From Eledone cirrhosa (Eukaryota), in NCBI GenBank assembly GCA_964016885.1, contig OZ024756.1:1-64000 (forward strand): DNA of 64,000 nt, given 5' to 3'. Of the stretch, positions 11,078 to 25,398 are shown in pieces; the first letter of the stretch is position 1, and the number at the start of each line of letters is the position of its first letter. The notes beneath the pieces are model-generated. The model saw only the letters and a program-made list of their open reading frames with translations. It searched no databases and had not been told where the DNA came from. The position numbers and the translations under genes are program-made.

Positions 11078-12571
11078 CATCATCATCATTTAACGTCCAT
11101 CTTCCACGCTAGCATGGGTTAGACGGGAGTTGTCCCACTTGAGACAAGATTGGTCGGGTGATCGTGTCTCGCTCATATAGGACTATCTGGCAGATTTTCT
11201 ACGGCTGGATGCCCTTCCTAACACCAACCACATTTACTTTGCAAGTATGGAAGGCGGGTCTTCTGTATTACTGCGTGGTGCCAAAGATCTCGATCCAGTG
11301 ACATTGTCTTAGAGAGGTGTAAGTGTTGCAAGGTCGGAATTTATCATGTCGTCCCATCAAGTAGCTTCCATCAATTTTTATTGCCCTGCACTCTTTTATA
11401 CAGCTGTCGTCTTTCATGTGCATCACGTGACCATACCAACGTAATCTTCTCTCAAGTAAACAGCATCTGATCCCACTTATTTCTAATTTCTCACTTAGTT
11501 CATTTATGTTTTGCCGTTATATTACTATTACACCTCCAACGGAGCATGCATGCTTCATTTTCCTTTCCAGTCTGCGAGGTTCCTCTGCACACAATGCCCA
11601 GGTCTCACTGCCATGTATGTAACATTGCTGTTCCTATACAAGCATCATACAATCTGCCTTTCAGTTTTAGAAAGAAACCTTTTGTGGCCAACAGCAGTAT
11701 AAGCTCTCTGAACTTTTTCCATCCCGTTCTAACTCTAGCTACTGTAATTTCAGAGCACCCTCCTCCACTGCTGATTTTGTCACTCAGGTAACGGAAAGTG
11801 TCTACTATTTCTATACAACCATCTGGGCAGTAGAAGGAGCTAGTATCCTGTGGGCAATTGCTACCTATTGCACCTGAGCATCGACCACATATAAAATCTA
11901 CGTTCTTAGATAGCTTGCCTGTGATCCCACTACAACTTTTATGTACCTATATTTGCATTTGGAGCATAGAATGGAATTTCTACCTACTCCTTTCCTACAC
12001 ACTGAGCATGGCCATTTCCCAGAGGGCACCTGTGCCTTATTTTCCTTTCTACATACTAGAACTTTAGTCTTAGACAAGTTAACTTTAAGGCCTTTTGATT
12101 CTAGGCTATGCTTCCATGTTTGGAATTTCTTCTCTAGTTCAGCCATAGATTCAGCTATGAGAGTTAGATTATCTGCGTATAGAAGTTCCCATGTTTAGCC
12201 AGTCTTAAACTGCTCTGTTATAGCCTGAAGGCCAATAATACACAGGAGGGGGCTAAGGAGAGCCTTGATGAACACCGACTTTTACGCTAAATTCTTCACT
12301 ATATTCATTGTTAATTCTAACCTTGCTGACTGTATCTTTATACATGGCTTGTATAGCTCTCACAAGCCATTCATCTACTCCTAGCTTTCTAAGGGCCCAC
12401 CAGATAATGGAGCGTGGGACTCTGTCAAAGGCTTTCTCCAAGTCAACAAAAGCTAAGTAGACGGGTTTACTTTTAGCTAGGTACTTCTTCTGTAGTTGTC
12501 GTACAAGGAACAGAACATCTGTGGTACTTTTACCCGACTCAAAGCCAAACTGCATTTCATCCAGATCAATT

Positions 12572-12572
<1 letters not shown>
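11078..12572 (-). pseudogene. 5'-truncated, decayed RTE copy (RT, PHD finger, 3' UTR)
   Basis: ORFs 12253-12555 (MQFGF..FVDLEKAFDRVP..GVHQGS) and 11898-12146 (GKWPCSVCRKGVG) match 59700-60400, with stops and frameshifts; (CAT)n tail at 11078. Confidence 0.93.
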
Positions 12573-12617
<45 letters not shown>

Positions 12618-12816
12618 TAGATATAGATGCAATTCAATTCAAGCACTCAACGTCATGTTACTTCTTCAAAATAAGGATGACAGAGTATATTAATAATGAG
12701 GAAAATTTGAAGTTGTAGATGTTAGAATCCTTTATTAACAAAGCTGGGATACATATTTTTTGTCCGTTCCCTTGCATCTAGGACTACCTCAGAAACGTAA
12801 CCTTTTACCCAATGTT

Positions 12817-12889
12817 GCTGTCTGATGAGATCATGACAATAGTTAAATCGTCAAGTGACCAAGATCACCATTGAAATATGTATCACAGC
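12817..12889 (+). ncRNA. Type I hammerhead motif (degenerate long stem II) within inverted repeat 12695-12939
   Basis: GCTGT-CTGATGA-GATCATGA..TCACCATT-GAAA-TATGTA-TC-ACAGC, then AATAAA. 12695-12758 is an inverted copy of 12874-12939. Confidence 0.62.
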
Positions 12890-12957
12890 TTTATTAATAA
12901 AGGACTCTTTAACATCTACAACTTCACATTTTCCTCATTCTTTTTATATATATATAT

Positions 12958-13002
<45 letters not shown>

Positions 13003-13187
13003 GATTAAGTAGAACCAAAGTCAGTGTTGCATCATATGTACAAACTTTAATGACATTACAACTGTTTCAATATTGATCAGCTCAGGGTATAATCAAAATG
13101 AGGGGGCCCGACCCTTCTTCGACATTTTGTCAGATATATGAATTTATATGTGCAAAGACACATCTATCTATCTATCTATATATATAT

Positions 13188-13585
13188 GAAGGCGCATGGC
13201 TTAGTGGTTAGAGCATTGGGGTTGCAATCGAAAAGTTGTGAGTTCAATTCTCAGACCGGGCGATGTGTTGTTTCTTTGAGCAAGACACTTTATTTCACAT
13301 TGCTCCAGTTTACTCAGCTGTAGAAATGAGATGATAGGGACCCCAGTCCCTATCATTCCACTGCAAAGTGGTCGTGGAGGTGCCACGGCAAAAAAGCACC
13401 CAGCACTCACTGTAAATGAGGTTGGTGTTAGGAAGGACATCCAGCTGTAGAAATCAAGCCAAAAATCAGTTCCTGTATGAGCAAGACAAGGTCAGCCGAC
13501 CGGACACTGCCCACAACAAGACAACCCATCCAACCCATGCTAGCGTGGAAGAACGGACGTAAAACGGTGATGATGATGATAATGA
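13188..13585 (+). mobile_element. CORE-type tRNA-derived SINE with RTE-derived 3' tail
   Basis: A box TGGCTTAGTGG, B box GAGTTCAATTC; CTTTGAGCAAGACACTT..CAGTTTACTCAGCTGTAGAAATG resembles the MIR/CORE domain; tail GGTGTTAGGAAGG..GGACGTAAAA(GAT)n is shared with the RTE 3' end. Confidence 0.85.
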
Positions 13586-13590
13586 TATAT

Positions 13591-13929
13591 ATCATCATTT
13601 CATTTTACGTCCACTTTTCCCTGCTTGCAAGGGTGGGACGGGAACTGATTTTGGCTTGATTTCTACAGCTGGATGCCCTTCCTAACACCAACCTCATTTA
13701 CAGTGAGTACTGGGTGCTTTTTTGCCGTGGTACCTCCACGACCACTTCGCAGTGGAATGATAGGGACCCCAGTCCCTATCATCTCATTTCTATAGCTGAG
13801 TAAACTGGAGCAATGAATGTGAAATAAAGTGTCTTGCTCAAGGAAACAACACATCACCCGGTCTGAGAATTGAACTCACAACCTTTCGATTGCAACCCCA
13901 ATGCTCTAACCACTAAGCCATGTGCCTCC

Positions 13930-13930
<1 letters not shown>
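13591..13930 (-). mobile_element. CORE-type SINE, same family, tail-to-tail with the previous copy
   Basis: Reverse complement of 13188-13465 at high identity. Confidence 0.85.
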
Positions 13931-14027
<97 letters not shown>

Positions 14028-14213
14028 AGCCATGTTCCAGTGAACCTTCAAAGTCACTGTTAATGAAATTATTATGTACAAACAACACAAATTTGTAAAA
14101 TTCCCTTGATACATATGCCTAAGAAAATCTTTAAATTAAATAATTCTAATAAAATCTTGTTAATATCTTATTAGCCCTACAAGAAACCTATTGGAGAACA
14201 TGTCAACCTTTGT

Positions 14214-14411
14214 TTATCCTGATTGGAATGAATAGGGAGGTGATCCAAGGACATTGGATGTTTCCACCACCATGGGTCTCACAAGAAACTTAGTAGAGAA
14301 CATCCTGCTCTTTGTTAATAATCTTCAGCTTGTCAATGTATCTGGGTCTGGCACCAATTTCACAAGGCAGTCACTGGAGTAGGTAACACTACTAGTTACA
14401 TCCCAGGAAAC
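14214..14411 (-). pseudogene. Decayed restriction-like endonuclease (REL) fragment of a CRE/HERO-like non-LTR element
   Basis: Manual translation VSWDVTSSVTYSSDCLVKLVPDPDTLTS*RLLTKSRMFSTKFLVRPMVVETSNVLG fits the WDxT...FxPxxVETxGxLG pattern. Confidence 0.45.
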
Positions 14412-14974
14412 CACTTAGGGTGCATCTGATCCTACTATTGAAGTAATTCTGCAGTGGTTTCCTCCCATAACTCCACTGGGAAGGGGTGGTGGTAGGTAGG
14501 ACAATAACACTTCCTCCCCACAGAGGCCATTTTAATACATCCTGTGTAACAGCATGGGAAGGCAATCTCACTTTATAACTATTTCATTTCTCAGTAATAA
14601 CTAGATATTTACCAACTCACAACACATACAACACACAACACACACCACACATACAACATATAACACACACCACACAACACATACAACATAAAACACACAC
14701 AACACATACAACATATAACACACACCCCACACCACACATACAACACACCACACCACACACATACAACACACCACTCCACACACCACACTATAGCACATAT
14801 AACACACTACACCACACCACACATACAACATATAACACACACCACATACACCATGTATAACCCCCCCCCCCCCCCCCCCCACACCACACCTTCCCACACG
14901 ATATAATCACAGAGTAATTGAAATTGTCTTAATGGCAGACAAAACATGGAGAAAAAGACTAATATATATATATA

Positions 14975-17900
14975 GGGAGAGAGAGACTTTAGATATATTG
15001 TAAGGTATGAGAGAGACTTTAGATATAATGGGAGATATGAGAGAGAGAGACTTTAGATATATTGTAAGATGGAAGAGAGAGACTAGATATATTGTAAGAT
15101 GGAAGAGAGAGAGACTTTAGATATATTGTAAGATGGAAGAGAGAGACTAGATATATTGTAAGATGGAAGAAAGAGACTTTAGATATATTGTAAGATGGAA
15201 GAGAGAGAATTTAGATATATTGTAAGATGGGAGAGAGAGACTTGATATATTGTAAGATGGAAGAGAGAGACTTTAGATATATTGTAAGATGGGAGAGAGA
15301 CTAGATATATTGTAAGATGGAAGAGAGAGACTTTAGATATATTGTAAGATGGGAGAGAGAGACTTTAGATATATTGTAAGATGGAAGAGAGAGACTTTAG
15401 ATATATTGTAAGATGGAAGAGAGAGACTTTAGATATATTGTAAGATGGAAGAGAGAGACTTTAGATACATTGTAAAATGGGAGAGAGAGACTAGATATAT
15501 TGTAAGATGGAAGAGAGAGACTTTAGATATATTGTAAGATGGAAGAGAGAGACTTTAGATATATTGTAAGATGGAAGAGAGAGACTAGATATATTGTAAG
15601 ATGGGAGAGAGAGAGACTTTAGATATATTGTAAGATGGAAGAGAGAGACTTTAGATATATTGTAAGATGGGAGAGAGAGACTTTAGATATATTGTAAGAT
15701 GGGAGAGAGAGACTTTAGATATATTGTAAGATGGAAGAGAGAGACTTTAGATATATTGTAAGATGGAAGAGTGAGACTAGATATATTGTAAGATGGAAGA
15801 GAGAGACTAGATATATTGTAAGATGGAAGAGAGAGACTAGATATATTGTAAGATGGAAGAGAGAGTCTAGATATATTGTAAGATGGAAGAGAGAGACTAG
15901 ATATATTGTAAGATGGGGGAGAGACTAGATATATTGTAAGATGGGAGAGAGACTAGATATATTGTAAGATGGAAGAGAGAGACTTTAGATATATTGTAAG
16001 ATGGGAGAGAGACTAGATATATTGTAAGATGGAAGAGAGAGACTTTAGATATATTGTAAGATGGAAGAGAGAGACTAGATATATTGTAAGATGGAAGAGA
16101 GAGACTTTAGATATATTGTAAGATGTAAGAGAGAGAATTTAGATATATTGTAAGATGTAAGAGAGAGAATTTAGATATATTGTAAGATGGGAGAGAGACT
16201 AGATATATTGTAAGATGGAAGAGAGAGACTAGATATATTGTAAGATGGAAGTGAGAGACTAGATATATTGTAAGATGGAAGAGAGAGACAAGATATATTG
16301 TAAGATGGAAGAGAGAGACTAGATATATTGTAAGATGGAAGAGAGAGACTTTAGATATATTGTAAGATGGAAGAGAGAGACTTTAGATATATTGTAAGAT
16401 GGAAGAGAGAGACTAGATATATTGTAAGATGGAAGAGAGCGACTTTAGATATATTGTAAGATGGAAGAGAGAGACTAGATATATTGTAAGATGGAAGAGA
16501 GAGACTAGATATATTGTAAGATGGAAGAGAGAGACTTTAGATATATTGTAAGATGGAAGAGAGAGACTAGATATATTGTAAGATGGGAGAGAGAGACTAG
16601 ATATATTGTAAGATGGAAGAGAGAGACTTTAGATATATTGTAAGATGTAAGAGAGAGAATTTCGATATATTATAAGATGGGAGAGAGACTAGATATATTG
16701 TTAGATGGAAGAGAGAGACTTTAGATATATTGTAAGATGGAAGAGAGAGTCTTTAGATATATTGTAAGATGGAAGAGAGAGACAAGATATATTGTAAAAT
16801 GGAAGAGAGAGACTTGAGATATATTGTAAGATGTAAGAGAGAGAATTTAGATATATTATAAGATGGGAGAGAGACTAGATATATTGTAAGATGGAAGAGA
16901 GAGACTAGATATATTGTTAGATGGAAGAGAGAGACTTTAGATATATTGTAAGATGGAAGAGAGAGACTAGATATATTGTAAGATGGAAGAGAGAGACTTT
17001 AGATATATTGTAAGATGGAAGAGAGAGACTTTAGATATATTGTAAGATGGAAGAGAGAGACTAGATATATTGTAAGATGGAAGAGAGAGACTTTAGATAT
17101 ATTGTAAGATGGAAGAGAGAGACTAGATATATTGTAAGATGGAAGAGAGATACTTTAGATATATTGTAAGATGGAAGAGAGAGACTTTAGATATATTGTA
17201 AGATGGAAGAGAGAGACTAGATATATTGTAAGATGGAAGAGAGAGACTAGATATATCGTTAGATGGAAGAGAGAGACTTTAGATATATTGTAAGATGGAA
17301 GAGAGAGACTTTAGATATATTATAAGATGGAAGAGAGAGACTAGATATATTGTAAGATGGAAGAGAGAGTCTAGATATATTGTAAGATGGAAGAGAGAGA
17401 CTAGATATATTGTAAGATGGAAGAGAGATACTATATATATTGTAAGATGGAAGAGAAATACAAGATATATTGTAAGATGGGAGAGAGACTAGATATATTG
17501 TAAGATGGAAGAGAGAGACTTTAGATATATTGTAAGATGGAAGAGAGAGACTAGATATATTGTAAGATGGAAGAGAGAGACTAGATATATTGTAAGGTAT
17601 GAGAGAGACTTTAGATATATTGTAAGATGGAAGAGAGAGACTTTAGATATATTGTAAGATGGGAGAGAAAGACTAGATATATTGTAAGATGGAAGAGAGA
17701 GACTTGATATATTGTAAGGTATGAGAGAGACTTTAGATATATTGTAAGATGGAACAGAGAGACTTTAGATATATTGTAAGATGGAAGAGAGAGACTAGAT
17801 ATATTGTAAGATGGAAGAGAGAGACTTGATATATTGTAATGTATGAGAGAGACTTTAGATATATTGTAAGATGGAAGAGAGAGACTTTAGATATATTGTA

Positions 17901-20900
17901 AGATGGAAGAGAGAGACTTTAGATATATTGTAAGATGGAAGAGAGAGACTAGATATATTGTAAGATGGAAGAGAGAGACTAGATATATTGTAAGATGGAA
18001 GAGAGAGACTTGATATATTGTAAGGTATGAGAGAGACTTTAGATATATTGTAAGATGGAACAGAGAGACTTTAGATATATTGTAAGATGGAACAGAGAGA
18101 CTTTAGATATATTGTAAGATGGAAGAGAGAGACTAGATATATTGTAAGATGGAAGAGAGAGACTTGATATATTGTAATGTATGAGAGAGACTTTAGATAT
18201 ATTGTAAGATGGAAGAGAGAGACTTTAGATATATTGTAAGATGGAAGAGAGAGACTTTCGATATATTGTAAGATGAAGAGAGAGACTAGATATATTGTAA
18301 GATGGAAGAGAGAGACTAGTTATACTGTAAGATGGAAGAGAGAGACTTTAGATATATTGTAAGATGGAAGAGAGAGACTAGATATATTGTAAGATGGAAG
18401 AGAGAGACTAGATATATTGTAAGATGGAAGAGAGAGACTAGATATATTGTAAGATGGAAGAGAGACTTTAGATATATTGTAGGATGGGAGAGAGAGACTT
18501 GATATATTGTAAGGTATGAGAGAGACTTTAGATATATTGTAAGATGGAAGAGAGAGACTTTAGATATATTGTAAGATGGAAGAGAGAGACTTTAGATATA
18601 TTGTAAGATGGAAAAGAGAGACTAGATATATTGTAAGATGGAAGAAAGAGACTAGATATATTGTAAGATGGGAGAGAGAGACAAGATATATTGTAAGATG
18701 GGAGAGAGAGACTTTAGATATATTGTAAGATGGAAGAGAGAGACTAGATATATTGTAAGATGTAAGAGAGAGACTTTAGATATATTGTAAGATGGAAGAG
18801 AGGGACTAGATATATTGTAAGATGGAAGAGAGAGACAAGATATATTGTAAGATGGAAGAGAGAGACTAGATATATTGTAAGATGGAAGAGAGAGACTTTA
18901 GATATATTGTAGGATGGGAGAGAGAGACTTGATATATTGTAAGGTATGAGAGAGACTTTAGATATATTGTAAGATGGAAGAGAGAGACTTTAGATATATT
19001 GTAAGATGGAAGAGAGAGACTTTAGATATATTGTAAGATGGAAGAGAGAGACTTTAGATATATTGTAGGATGGGAGAGAGAGACTTGATATATTGTAAGG
19101 TATGAGAGAGACTTTAGATATATTGTAAGATGGAAGAGAGAGACTTTAGATATATTGTAAGATGGAAGAGAGAGACTTTAGATATATTGTAAGATGGAAA
19201 AGAGAGACTAGATATATTGTAAGATGGAAGAAAGAGACTAGATATATTGTAAGATGGGAGAGAGAGACTTGATATATTGTAAGGTATGAGAGAGACTTTA
19301 GATATAATGAGAGATATGAGAGAGAGAGACTTCAGATATATTGTAGGATGGAAGAGAGCGACTTTAGATATATTGTAAGATGGAAGAGAGCGACTTTAGA
19401 TATATTGTAAGATGGAAGAGAGCGACTTTAGATATATTGTAAGATGGAAGAGAGAGACTAGATATATTGTAAGATGTAAGAGAGAGACTTTAGATATATT
19501 GTAAGATGGAAGAGAGCGACTTTAGATATATTGTAAGATGGAAGAGAGCGACTTTAGATATATTGTAAGATGGAAGAGAGCGACTTTAGATATATTGTAA
19601 GATGGAAGAGAGAGACTAGATATATTGTAAGATGGAAGAGAGAGACTTTAGATATATTGTAAGATGGAAGAGAGAGACTTTAGATATAGTGTAAGATGTA
19701 AGAGAGAGACTTTAGATATAGTGTAAGATGTAAGAGAGAGAATTTAGATATATTATAAGATGGGAGAGAGACTAGATATATTGTAAGATGGAAGAGAGAG
19801 ACTAGATATATTGTAAGATGGGAGAGAGAGACTAGATATATTGTAAGATGGAAGAGAGAGACTAGATATATTGTAAGATGGAAGAGAGAGACTTTAGATA
19901 TATTGTAAGATGGAAGAGAGAGACTAGATATATTGTAAGATGGAAGAGAGAGACTTTAGATATATTGTAAGATGGAAGAGAGAGACTTTAGATATATTGT
20001 AAGATGGAAAAGAGAGACTAGATATATTGTAAGATGGAAGAAAGAGACTAGATATATTGTAAGATGGGAGAGAGAGACAAGATATATTGTAAGATGGAAG
20101 AGAGAGACTTTAGATATATTGTAAGATGGGAGAGAGAGACTAGATACATTGTAAGATGGAAGAGAGAGACTAGATATATTGTAAGATGGAAGAGAGAAAC
20201 TTTAGATATATTGTAAGATGGAAGAGAGAGACTAGATATATTGTAAGATGGAAGAGAGAGACTTTAGATATATTGTAGGATGGGAGAGAGAGACTTGATA
20301 TATTGTAAGGTATGAGAGAGACTTTAGATATATTGTAAGATGGAAGAGAGAGACTTTAGATATATTGTAGGATGGGAGAGAGAGACTTGATATATTGAAA
20401 GGTATGAGAGAGACTTTAGATATATTGTAAGATGGAAGAGAGAGACTTTAGATATATTGTAAGATGGAAAAGAGAGACTAGATATATTGTAAGATGGAAG
20501 AAAGAGACTAGATATATTGTAAGATGGGAGAGAGAGACTAGATACATTGTAAGATGGAAGAGAGAGACTAGATATATTGTAAGATGGAAGAGAGAGACTT
20601 TAGATATATTGTAAGATGGAAGAGAGAGACTTTAGATATATTGTAAGATGGAAAAGAGAGACTAGATATATTGTAAGATGGAAGAGAGAGACTAGATATA
20701 TTGTAAGATGGAAGAGAGAGACTTGATATATTGTAAGATGGAAGAGAGAGACTTTAGATATATTGTAAGATGGAAGAGAGAGACTTTAGATATATTGTAA
20801 GATGGAAAAGAGAGACTAGATATATTGTAAGATGGAAGAAAGAGACTAGATATATTGTAAGATGGGAGAGAGAGACAAGATATATTGTAAGATGGAAGAG

Positions 20901-23610
20901 AGAGACTTTAGATATATTGTAAGATGGGAGAGAGAGACTAGATACATTGTAAGATGGAAGAGAGAGACTAGATATATTGTAAGATGGAAGAGAGAAACTT
21001 TAGATATATTGTAAGATGGAAGAGAGAGACTAGATATATTGTAAGATGGAAGAGAGAGACTTTAGATATATTGTAGGATGGGAGAGAGAGACTTGATATA
21101 TTGTAAGGTATGAGAGAGACTTTAGATATATTGTAAGATGGAAGAGAGAGACTTTAGATATATTGTAGGATGGGAGAGAGAGACTTGATATATTGAAAGG
21201 TATGAGAGAGACTTTAGATATATTGTAAGATGGAAGAGAGAGACTTTAGATATATTGTAAGATGGAAAAGAGAGACTAGATATATTGTAAGATGGAAGAA
21301 AGAGACTAGATATATTGTAAGATGGGAGAGAGAGACTAGATACATTGTAAGATGGAAGAGAGAGACTAGATATATTGTAAGATGGAAGAGAGAGACTTTA
21401 GATATATTGTAAGATGGAAGAGAGAGACTTTAGATATATTGTAAGATGGAAAAGAGAGACTAGATATATTGTAAGATGGAAGAGAGAGACTAGATATATT
21501 GTAAGATGGAAGAGAGAGACTTGATATATTGTAAGATGGAAGAGAGAGACTAGATATATTGTAAGATGGAAGAGAGAGACTAGATATATTGTAAGATGGA
21601 AGAGAGAGACTAGATATATTGTAAGATGGAAGAGAGAGACTAGATATATTGTAAGATGGAAGAGAAAGACTTTAGATATATTGTAAGAAGAAAGCGAGAG
21701 ACTTTAGATATAATGAGAGATATGAGAGAGAGAGACTTTAGATATAATGAGAGATATGAGAGAGAGAGACTTTAGATATAATGAGAGATATGAGAGAGAG
21801 AGACTTTAGATATATTGTAAGCTGGGGGAGAGACTAGATATATTGTAAGATGGAAGAGAGAGACTTTAGATATATTGTAAGATGGAAGAGAGAGACTTTA
21901 GATATATTGTAAGATGGAAAAGAGAGACTAGATATATCGTAAGATGGAAGAGAGAGACTAGATATATTGTAAGATGGAAGAGAGAGACTTGATATATTGT
22001 AAGGTATGAGAGAGACTTTAGATATAATGAGAGATATGAGAGAGAGAGACTTTAGATATATTGTAAGATGGAAGAGAGAGACTAGATATATTGTAAGATG
22101 TAAGAGAGAGACTTTAGATATATTGTAAGATGGAAGAGAGCGACTTTAGATATATTGTAAGATGGAAGAGAGAGACTAGATATATTGTAAGATGGAAGAG
22201 AGAGACTTTAGATATATTGTAAGATGGAAGAGAGAGACTAGATATATTGTAAGATGGAAGAGAGAGACTAGATATATTGTAAGATGGAAGAGAGAGACTT
22301 TAGATATATTGTAAGATGGAAAAGAGAGACTAGATATATTGTAAGATGGAAGAAAGAGACTAGATATATTGTAAGATGGGAGAGAGAGACAAGATATATT
22401 GTAAGATGGAAGAGAGAGACTTTAGATATATTGTAAGATGGAAGAGAGAGACTTTAGATATATTGTAAGATTGAAAAGAGAGACTAGATATATTGTAAGA
22501 TGTAAGAGAGAGACTTTAGATATATTGTAAGATGGAAGAGAGAGACTAGATATATTGTAATATGGAAGAGAGAGACTTTAAATATATTGTAAGATGGAAG
22601 AGAGAGACTTTAGATATATTGTAAGATGGAAGAGAGAGACTAGATATATTGTAAGATGGAAGAGAGAGAATTTAGATATATTGTAAGATGGGAGAGAGAC
22701 TAGATATATTGTAAGATGGAAGAGAGAGACTTTAGATATATTGTAAGATGGAAGAGAGAGACTTTAGATATATTGTAAGATGGAAGAGAGAGACTTTAGA
22801 TATATTGTAAGATGGGAGAGAGAGACTAGATATATTGTAAGATGGAAGAGAGAGAATTTAGATATATTGTAAGATGGAAGAGAGAGACTTTAGATATATT
22901 GTAAGATGTAAGAGAGAGACTAGATATATTGTAAGATGGGAGAGAGAGACTTTAGATATATTGTAAGATGGGAGAGAGAGACTAGATATATTGTAAGATG
23001 TAAGAGAGAGAATTTAGATATATTGTAAGATGGGAGAGAGACTAGATATATTGTAAGATGGAAGAGAGAGACTTTAGATATATTGTAAGATGGGAGAGAG
23101 ACTAGATATATTGTAAGATGGAAGAGAGAGACTAGATATATTGTAAGATGGAAGAGAGAGACTAGATATATTGTAAGATGGAAGAGAGAGACTAGATATA
23201 TTGTAAGATGGAAGAGAGAGACTTTAGATATATTGTAAGATGGAAGAGAGAGACTAGATATATTGTAAGATGGAAGAGAGAGACTAGATATATTGTAAGA
23301 TGGAAGAGAGAGACTAGATATATTGTAAGATGGAAGAGAGAGACTTTAGATATATTGTAAGATGAAAGCGAGAGACTTTAGATATAATGAGAGATATGAG
23401 AGAGAGAGACTTTAGATATAATGAGAGATATGAGAGAGAGAGACTTTAGATATATTGTAAGATGGGGGAGAGACTAGATATATTGTAAGATGGAAGAGAG
23501 AGACTTTAGATATATTGTAAGATGAAAACGAGAGACTTTAGATATAATGAGAGATATGAGAGAGAGAGACTTTAGATATATTGTAAGATGGGGGAGAGAC
23601 TAGATATATT
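14975..23610. repeat. Minisatellite, 28-32 bp unit, ~280 copies, with higher-order duplications
   Basis: Unit AGATATATTGTAAGATGGAAGAGAGAGACT(TT). Confidence 0.98.
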
Positions 23611-23734
23611 CAACTGTGAAACAGTGGTCCTTTTGATTTTTTTCATACTAATGACAACAGACTACTTAATTTGTTTTGTTTTTTTTTACTTCCTCAGGAC
23701 AGCAAGACCCCCCCCCCCCCACTCACCCCCCCCC

Positions 23735-24070
23735 CTATCTGCTTGACAAGAGGTGAGCACTATGACCCCACCCACTCACCCCCTATCTGCCAGACAAGAG
23801 GTCAGCACTATGACTTCCCATTCACCTCACTCTCTGCCTGACAGCACTATGACTCCACCCCCCCCCCCCCCCTGTGCCAGACAAGAGGTCAGCACTATGA
23901 CCCCACCCACTCACAGCCCCTCTCTGCCAGACAAGAGGTCAGAACTCTCACCCCACCCCCTCTCTGCTTGACAAGAGGTCAGCACTCACTCCCACCCACA
24001 CACACCCCTCTCTGCCAGACAAGAGGTCAGCACTCTCACCCCCACCCACTCAGATCCCCCCTCTCTGTTA
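23735..24070. repeat. Short degenerate tandem repeat (TCTCTGCCAGACAAGAGGTCAGCACT core, ~40-50 bp period)
   Basis: About 7 diverged copies. Confidence 0.8.
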
Positions 24071-24685
24071 CAACAGATATATACACATGGAGCTGTCAGC
24101 CATAATTACTCATATAATTGTTTCCTGTTGAAGTGCTTTTATATGATACAGATATCAAGAATCACTACAAACTCCCTGTTTAGAACTGTGATAGCAGTTC
24201 ACCTTAATCTTTTAACTCTCTATATATCCGTTTATATACAAACATCTGTATATGGCTGTGTGAAACACACACACACACACACATATATTAGTTATAATTT
24301 GTAATTTGACAATGATTTAATGGTAACCTGCTGCAACATTACATAAATACCTTGTTATACATATACATATATACACACAGACACCCACACAATCACATAT
24401 ATACACACAGACACACATGCAATCGTATATATATATACATACATACACATACTATATAATTATTGCTGTTTAGTTAACATCTATGTAAAAACTAGTTTAA
24501 GTGGAAGAATAAATGAAGACACTCACATACATATATATATATATATACACACACACATACATACACATACCCACATATATATGCGACTAGTGCTTTGAGA
24601 AAACAACACCAAACTTCGGCACTGAACATATCAAAACATTGAAGTAAACTTTATTCCATTGTTAAGTTTTTCTGTTCAAATGCTA

Positions 24686-24746
24686 GCTGCCTGATGAGGT
24701 CATAGCTGTTACATAAGAGTTATCACTGAAATATATATATAACAGT
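24686..24746 (+). ncRNA. Degenerate type I hammerhead motif
   Basis: GCTGC-CTGATGA-GGTCATAGC..GTTATCACT-GAAA-TATATATA-TA-ACAGT, then AATAAA. Single mismatches in stems I and II. Confidence 0.55.
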
Positions 24747-24801
24747 GACTATGAATAAATGAAGTTAATTTTAACCTGTTGACTTACACTTCTTGTTTAT
24801 A

Positions 24802-25057
24802 TATATATATATGAATGTATATATAGTGTATTTTGCAATACACTGTATGCTTAATAAAAAGCATTTTGAAGACCTTATGGTATTGTTTTAGATTAGTGAC
24901 AGACTCACTTACTTTAATTTCAGCAAACAGGTTTGCTGAAATTAAAGTAAGTGAGTCTGTCACTAATCTAAAACAATAGCATAAGGTCTTCAAAATGCTT
25001 TTTATTAAGCATACAGTGTATTGCAAAATACACTATATATACATTCATATATATATA
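24802..25057. repeat. Near-perfect palindrome, ~127-bp arms, 2-nt loop (24929-24930)
   Basis: ..TTTCAGCAAAC-AG-GTTTGCTGAAA..; one mismatch seen; embedded in (TA)n. Confidence 0.95.
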
Positions 25058-25075
25058 GCTATTTCAGAGCAACAA

Positions 25076-25130
<55 letters not shown>

Positions 25131-25398
25131 CTTACATGCCTCTCTCTTAAACATACACAAACCATATTGAAATATATTATCTCATGTTTGTACATTAGCA
25201 AAAATATCAATAATTATTTTAATTTTTCTAGTCTAGCATGAAATATATATATACATCATATATATATATATATATGAGCGGACGTAAAATGATGATGATG
25301 ATATATATATATATACATATATATATGTGGGTGTATCATCATCATCATCGTCATCGTTTAATATCCATTTTCCACGCTAGCATGGGATTATGTATATG

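Noticed and set aside
13188-13260. tRNA genes at SINE heads
   Set aside because: A and B boxes are present but no intact cloverleaf; they continue into SINE bodies.
14975-23610. Array of micro-exons (each unit has TTTAG and GTAAG)
   Set aside because: Implied introns are ~20 nt with no polypyrimidine tract.
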